From: Dicyema japonicum
Lineage: Eukaryota; Animalia; Dicyemida
Direction of reading: 5' to 3'
Length of the DNA stretch: 64,000 nucleotides
NCBI GenBank assembly: GCA_011109175.1
Contig: RDEW01000048.1
Location: 352,137 to 416,136, forward strand
A program made the translations under genes and the position numbers. Positions 57,000-64,000 of this stretch are shown here, one piece after another (the first letter of the stretch is position 1; every line of letters starts with the position of its first letter). The notes below the pieces were generated by a model, which made no database searches, had not been told where the DNA came from, and saw only the letters and a list, made by a program, of their open reading frames with translations.

Positions 57000-57540
57000 T
57001 TCACGAAGATACTGAAAATCTAGGGGATCACTTCCACACACACATGTGTTTTTCATTTCACGTCGACGCTGTCTCTGGAAGCTGCTCAAGAAAGCTAGGG
57101 ATAATCAAAACTATTTTCGGTGGCATTAAAACCCTTTTTCCAGCTTTGAAATTGTTGTATAAACAATTCATTGAGCCTTCTGTCAGCTATGTCTGTACGT
57201 CATAGGGAATCAATCTGTCCTGGACGAACAAACAAAGAATCCTCAACATTCAGGCCTTAACAGCCACTACTATTAGTAATCTCGGGAAATTAGAAAAACT
57301 AATACCCTCATCACTTGAAGACCTTATCCGACAAAATGGAAAGGGATTTGCTACCCTGTGCAAACAGTGCAACTCTCAACAATACACAGCCACGAAGTGT
57401 TTAATGAGAAGGGTATACATCACCCCTCTCCAATTTCTATTCCCGAAACCACCCCGCCCACAGAGAAATTGTGTTTGGTCCTAGAAGACGCACGAGGAGA
57501 AAATGAGAATTCTGATTGAGGCCTTCGAGATCACTTAATT
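57000..57540 (+). mobile_element. LINE ORF2 3' fragment
   Basis: LYKQFIEPSVSY...GINLSWTN; ends GAG ATC ACT TAA. Confidence 0.7.
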
Positions 57541-57559
57541 TAGTAATTAAATTTAACAA

Positions 57560-58450
57560 TAATTTATTTGTAAACAAAAATAGTTAATAGTTGGTTAACA
57601 TCAAATTCCATTTTCATTTCGACAAGTACTCCGACATGCAAACGTCACCGCCCAACACGCTTTCTATCGTTTTTTGATAGTTACCGTCTGCTTGTAGGCT
57701 CCTACAAAGCATTCCAAATTTAAGTGACTCAAGTGGTGTTTATAAAATTCGCTTACGACTCGATCCCAAGTAAGGACTACTGGGACCATGTATACTTTTG
57801 CTTTGTGTATTATCCCCAGTTCACTTGCGAGAAGATCGTTTTTGCGGCCTTTCTCCACTTCGACATGTTTCAAAGAATCTTGGAGGTTATTCCCACTTCT
57901 ATTAGCGTAAGTGTATGCACAGGTGTAAGTGTATTGCACCTACGAACTCTCAAGGTCTGGATCAGGTCCGGAGCAGAAGCAGAGAGGATCTGCCTTGAGA
58001 AGTTAAAAATAGGTCACTTTAGATTTGGTGTGGCCCGAGAGCGACCGGTAGCAATCCAGTGTAACAGATGCCAGGGATTCGGCCACACCAGCTCCCGCTG
58101 GCACTTATAAAGAGAAGTGCCTAAATTGCGGGGGTCCACATTCACGGAAGCCTGTCAATCCAGAGTCAGGTCTCTCAAAGTGCGTGAACTGTGGCTTGGA
58201 AGGACACAGGGCGAGCCATACCAAGTGCCCCCTGTATCAAAAGGCAACGGAGGAGTACCACAGGGGAGAAGGCAGCGCCCTCCTCTGGAGTGGCCAGCGA
58301 TGAAAGCGCTGTTCACCGTGTAAGTTGTATGCACCTGACGACCTCATTATGACGACGTAGGTAATCACTATGAGCATTCTCCCACACTTTTTGCCAGATA
58401 GATGATCCACTGTTTTTTTGCTGAAATGCAATGAGTGCATTTTGCGCCAT
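57560..58450 (-). mobile_element. Second R4-like element 3' fragment (RLE), internally deleted and interrupted
   Basis: High identity to 26750-27040 and 27195-27300. Confidence 0.85.
57942..58317 (+). mobile_element. LINE ORF1 triple zinc-knuckle fragment nested in the R4-like copy
   Basis: QCNRCQGFGH..., KCLNCGG.H..EAC, and KCVNCGLEGHRASHTKCP across frameshifts. Confidence 0.75.
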
Positions 58451-58729
58451 TTTCATCGAAAAAAACATTCCGATCCTGGACATAGCACAACAATCCCTCG
58501 GTCCTTGGGAAGTTGTTCTCGGCGATTAACACATTGTTTGATATCAACATTCTGATCTTCTGTTGAATCAAACATCATTTTCAGGTTAATGGAACTTGAA
58601 ATAAACTGATTTTCTCATAAAATAAATTAAATCCTCTTTTTTTATCGAAACAACATATTTTGTTATTAAAAATGCAAATAATAGTTCTAAAAATGTAAAA
58701 ATATATACCTTCTATATTTGGGACACTTT

Positions 58730-59500
58730 TCTATTGGGGCGGGGTCGTACTGTAATTAATCTTCCCAACTTCACCCTTATTCGACTTTCGATGTCCATAT
58801 TGGCACAGTGTATCCCTCGTATCGTCATCGAACCTCTTATTTCCCTTCAGTTCGACAAGCACCGAGATTTGCTTGAGCTGTTTATTCAACTCAATAAGTC
58901 TTCCTTGCATGCGTTCAACCCACTGACTCTTCTTTCTCGTAGATTGAGAGAGCATCATATGTTAACTGCCTAGCATAATTGATATCTGTAATATCATTCA
59001 GGAGGGTAGGAATTGATATATTGCCATATTGAAGAGGTAATCCCCGAGAGAAGTTTTTGTTGAGAAGTTGGAAGGGGACTTTTTGGTAGGCTTTCGTAAT
59101 ACACGAGGAATGGATTTTACTCAATTAATTTGGACATGAAATTCATTTGAACAAACTCTAAAATTAGAGATTTCTGTGCTGTATCCATTATTCCCAGGGT
59201 CAATATTCATAGAGGCCTTGGATTTTGACGACTTTAACTTGGCCAAACTCCAAGTTTGCAATCGATTTGGACATACCAAACTTCTCATTAAAAGTCCGAG
59301 TGATTAATGGCCAGCCACCACGAAAAATTCTCCCGAATCCTGCTTGAGCAGCTCGAACAACTTCAGACGTTTATTCAACTTTGTCTTTATAATCCACTTG
59401 GTTGATAATACCATTTAAAGAGAGGAGATTTGCACGGCAATCTGGCTGTGACACCAGATTAGGAGGTAGTCCTTTTTCAAGAGTCCCACACAGCAATGGA
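58730..59500 (-). mobile_element. Decayed non-LTR RT fragment
   Basis: KVPFQLL..K...G.P-like RT segment; many disruptions. Confidence 0.4.
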
Positions 59501-59799
59501 CCACTTGGTCACGTTAAAATTAATTTCTCTATCAAAATCTTTCGTAGATAGGTCCGATGAAAATGCTTCTTTGTCAACAGTAGAAACAAACATGTACGTC
59601 ACCACAAGAAATATAGTATATTTCGAGAAAAGTATATAGTTATTGTTTAGTAATTAACGAAATTTTTCCAAAATCCAAAAATTAATGTATTATTTAATGT
59701 TTAGTTCAATGTCAGTTCCAGAATCAAGACGATTACTGATGAATAAATATTCATTTTTTCGAAAATATTTATTTATCAGTCTAAAGATTACTACAATAA

Positions 59800-60724
59800 T
59801 TACATTATTAATATAATTATAATCACTAGAATAGAGAATACTACAGTAATAATAATTACTTTAGGATAGACTGTTTCTTTGGTCAGCGATATTGCTATTG
59901 AAGTAGATGTTAAGGGAATAGATATTATTGGAGTTGATTTTGGAGTAGTCGTTAGAGTGGTCGTAGTTGCTGCTGTCGGAGTTGATTTCTGAGTTGTCCC
60001 TAGAGTTGTCGTAGTTGGTTGTGTCATAGTCGGTGGTGTCGAAGTTGGTGGTGTCGTAGTTGGTGGTGTCGTAGTTGGTGGTGTCGTATTGGTGGTGTCG
60101 GAGTTGATTTCTGAGTGTCCTAGAGTTGTCGTAGTTGGTGTTGGAGCTGTCGTTAGAGAGCGAGCAGTCAATGATACTGATTATATTAATAAAACATTTT
60201 ACATGATTGACATAAATATCCAGTTCGATTAGACTTTATTTTTGGTGCACAAGAACATGGAATCAATATCCAATAAAATAGAGCCCATATATTATATAAA
60301 CAAATACAATTGTACTCATCTATATGAAAATAATCTTTGAATTTACGATATTCCATTATATTTCCTAAAAATAAAATTTATTGGTTACCGTCAAGAATCC
60401 AATTCTTATTTTCATATTTCCCAGCAACAAAAAGCATACAAGGACCTAATTCGTGTAAATTTCGTAACATATAGTGAATAAAGTTTAACACATCTAGAGA
60501 ATAAATTTTTACCTAAATAACTAATTTAAACATACCAATTCTCCTCCTTTATCAATACAACTATTCATAGCTTGATTATATGTCAAAGTTCCAAAGAAAT
60601 AGTTATAACAAATTCCTCCTAATTCATTTTCACTACGTTCATTAAAATTTTCAGGACACGTACAAAAAACTAAAATGATTACTTAATATTTACCAGAGAC
60701 AATCAATCCAAATATGACAATCAT
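59800..60724 (-). CDS. Surface protein: signal peptide, C-type lectin-like domain, Thr/Pro mucin stalk, C-terminal hydrophobic anchor (275 aa)
   Basis: Introns 60670-60693, 60513-60535, 60365-60388 and 60177-60202 give an open frame: MIVIFGLIVSVFC-TCPENF..GICY..LTYNQAMNSCIDKGGELVKI..W..NC..W..PC..YLCQ-(T/P)n-VIIITVVFSILVIIILIM-stop. Confidence 0.85.
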
Positions 60725-60897
60725 ATGAATTAACCTATATTCTAATTATTTTATTATTAAAAAGGTCAATCATTATTAATTTATATGATCATAAAAATAA
60801 ATAATAATTTAATAAAATAATAATTCGCACAGAGGTTAAAATCATCTCAGAATACGAAGATAACAAAGAACAATGCCAGCTCAATCTGAATAAATAT

Positions 60898-62415
60898 ATG
60901 AAACATTGTATTCGAATCAGTCACATTCCTTATAAAAAGATTAACACACAAACGAAAATAAAGAGAAAGCCATCCAAATTTGCCCCGCTGATTTATTTTC
61001 TCCCTAAAGATGTATCCAAAGCAATATCAAATCAGAAAAAAACAAACTCATGTGGCCCAGACGGAATTCCTCTTATTCTGCTGAAACACTTGGGCCCAGC
61101 ATCAATAAATGCATTAACAATCATCTACAACACATCGCTGAACATAAATACTATACCGACTTTATGGAAACTATCAAAAATTCGACCAATATAAGACCGA
61201 AGAACGATCCCGGCTCTTACAGACCAGTTTCCCTTATATGTGTTTTGTCGAGGATCCTGGAGAAACTGGTCCTAAAAGTTATTCGCCCTTCTCTCCCACA
61301 ACCTACATTCCAACATGGCTTCAAGGAAGGATTATCAACAACCTCCTTCCTAACAACATTAATGAAGTTTATAACTGAAGGACACAAGAACAAGCCAAAA
61401 CAGGAAAAATCGGTCATATGTACGATCGACATTCAAAAAGCTTTCGACTCTGTCCCAAGGAAGATCCTCATACGAAAAATATTTTTGACAAAAATTGATG
61501 CACCATTAAAGTTATGGTTAGCAAATTTCGTAAGTGGACGCCGAGGGAAAGTGTCCGTCGGAAACAAGAGTTCCAGATCGGGATTATTACCCAATGGTGT
61601 ACCCCAAGGATCTCCTCTGTCACCAATCCTTTTTAATTTGTTTTTGAGTGATCTCCCCGTACCTATGAATAATAATGACATGCTACTTTCTTATGCCGAT
61701 GACATAGTTGTCGCATCTAGAGACGTAAATGTCGAACATGCTAAAGAAAGACTACAAGGAATACTAAATAACATATTTGGATGGTTGTGCGAAAATCGAT
61801 TAAATGCATGTTCCGAAAAGTCAGCAGTCACTCTATTTACTAAGAATAGAAAGATGGGAACGCAAACAATTGATGTCACGTTAAATGGAGTACCTATACC
61901 ACAAAAGAAATCGCAGAAGATACTGGGAGTAACTTTTGATACTTTCCTCTGCTTCTCAGCCCATGTGGAATCTATCATATCAACCTGTGCAAAGAAGATC
62001 AATTTTGTAAAGGCCTTCCTTTGGAACTGTGGAGGAATTTATCCGCCAGGTATCGGGACCCTCTACAAGCAGTATGTCGAGCCAACAATAGGCTATGCAT
62101 GTGCTGCATGGGGATCTAACCTGTCGGCAACGAACCTAACAAAAATTCAAGATATCCAGTCAAGAGCAAAAAAATTACTAGAAAAATATACAGATAAAGA
62201 AATTGCCCCCAGAGCACTCGAGTCTATCATAGAGGCAACTGGAGGCAATTTCAGAAGAGGAAAGGAAAAAGACCCCCGTCCGTGTAGAAACTGCGTGGGA
62301 TCACAGTCGGAGCATCGAGAAAAAATGGCCCGATTATTGAGAGATGCCGGGATCACCTGAATATTAGTTATTGGTTAAGACGGTGTTTCTATGGCTTAAA
62401 TAATAATAAAAAAAG
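60898..62415 (+). mobile_element. Jockey/I-like LINE, near-intact RT ORF with 3' UTR and TAA tail
   Basis: 436-aa ORF with YRPVSLIC, QHGF, IDIQKAFDSV, GVPQGSPLSP, YADD and ILGVTFD; ends GIT-stop; one upstream frameshift; 5'-truncated. Confidence 0.92.
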
Positions 62416-62439
62416 GAATGAATGGGAAAACAGAATCAG

Positions 62440-64000
62440 AGGTCTTTGCAAGCATAAATCTACCCAATACATGTGGAAGGCCACTAAAAAGCTCGGACCA
62501 TATACGAAACCTAACAACACAGGCCAACCGAATGTTTAAGAACTAAACAACCTTATGAAGTTTTATGTCGGAATCAGCCACAAGAAATTCCTAAAAACCA
62601 GCCCTTCCTTTACGACCACGAAGCCAAAAATGTATTCTTCATTATATTGCTTATCACATTCTGATATTTGGACTGAAATCAAAAATTCAAAATCTTTCCT
62701 CTCTTGCGGTCCTGATTTGAATCCGGCTATTCTGCTCAAACGTCTTGGCCTAATTGGAATAGAAGCGCTCCGGAACATCTTTAACTTTTCAATAAACCAT
62801 AACCAAATTCCAGACATTTGGAAACAGTCCAACATACGCCCAATTCTCAAGCCGGGAAGGCCGAAGAGCGACTCCTCTTCGTACAGACCCATTGCACTAT
62901 TATGCTTATCCTCGAAACTCTTAGAAAAACTCGTTCTACGCATCATTTACCTTGCCCTTCCCCTTGCACATCTCCAACATGGTTTCAGGAGAGACCGGTC
63001 TACATCAACACACCTCATCTCATTAAAAAAAGGTTCATTATTGAAAGCTTTTCTGTAAAACCACATCTAAAATCTGTTTTATGCTCTCTCGACCTACAAA
63101 AAGCCTTCGATTCTGTATCCAGAAAAATCCTTACTCAAAAAATATTTAGACTGTCCATCAACTCGAACATAAAATTATGGCTTTCAAATTTCCTCAGTGG
63201 AAGGAGAGGGCGTGTATGCTTGGATGGAATTCGATCAGTCTCAAGATTACTTCCTCAAGATTATTTCCAAATGAAGTTCCCCAAGGCTCTCCCTGTTTCC
63301 TGATTTATTCAACTTATACCTTTCCGATATTCCCAACTCAGTCATGGAAGACTCGATAATTCTCGCCTATGCTGATGACCTACTCATTATTTCATGTTTA
63401 CCTCTGACAAAAGGATTTCACGAATGCTTCAAAAAAGTACAAGAACTCATGTTACAAATTAAAACTTGGCTACACCAAAACCGGATGAACATATCTCTGG
63501 AAAATCTTCCACCACTCTATTTACCTCGGACAAAAGGCTCGGAAGATGTACCGTGGATCTATTCCTGGACAACGAAAAATCCCTTTTACGAAGAACCCTA
63601 AATTCTGTAGGTCACTTTTGATACCCACATGTGTTTTTTTGCCTATATTGAGAAGATTGGAACTTGTCAGAGGAAAATTGGTTTAATCAAAACCATATTT
63701 GGTGGAATAAAAAAGCCATTCCTTGCTCTCGGTATTCTCTAAAAGCAATTCATCGAGTCGACTATCAGTTATGCCTGTGCAGCATGGGGAATTAATCTCT
63801 CGTGGACCAACCGTCTTAAAGTTGATAACACCATATGTTGAGATGCGACTAGCATAATGCACATCGCAAAGCTGAACAATATTCTACCCAGTCCTTTGAC
63901 CACCTTATCAAGCAATACGGCAAGAGTTTCTTAACCTTAACCCTCTCTCAGAACTGTCGTCGACAGACTGTCCTGTGTCAAGCAGTTTCCAGAAGCACAT
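62440..64000 (+). mobile_element. Second, more degraded Jockey/I-like LINE RT copy in tandem
   Basis: CGPD, YRPIALLC, LDLQKAFDSV, EVPQGSP and AYADDL; many frameshifts. Confidence 0.88.

Noticed and set aside
59940-60140. Telomeric or satellite repeat (GTCGTAGTTGGTGGT)
   Set aside because: It is the coding Thr/Pro mucin stalk on the minus strand.

Overview
AT-rich, compact eukaryotic (animal-type) genomic DNA. Host genes are split by very short spliceosomal introns, mostly 21-27 nt GT-AG. Together with the ciliary gene CFAP57 and Ig and C-type-lectin domains, this suggests a reduced ciliated metazoan parasite such as a dicyemid mesozoan (inference). Recognisable genes: NNT, RNASEH1, RPF1, HTATSF1, CFAP57, an ARF GTPase, cytosolic AlaRS, and a USP8-like deubiquitinase. 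Three further genes are missed or fragmented by the ORF track: a Ser-rich/HMG-box-like gene, an Ig-domain membrane protein, and a C-type-lectin/mucin surface protein. Intergenic DNA is filled with decayed non-LTR retrotransposons (Jockey/I-like APE-RT, RTE, R4-like and CRE-like RLE elements), a pogo transposon, an integrase fragment and SINE-like elements. Main leads: (1) a three-copy short retroelement whose head folds, with covariation, into the HDV-ribozyme helix order; (2) about 9-fold enrichment of CACGTG in genes versus intergenic DNA, in all frames and inside tiny introns; (3) four introns whose conserved-protein-supported acceptor lacks the A (TG or CG); (4) a shared 3'-terminal RNA stem overlapping the LINE stop codon. 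Scattered 1-2 nt indels in essential genes indicate an error-prone assembly, so single-base conclusions need read support. All counts are manual.
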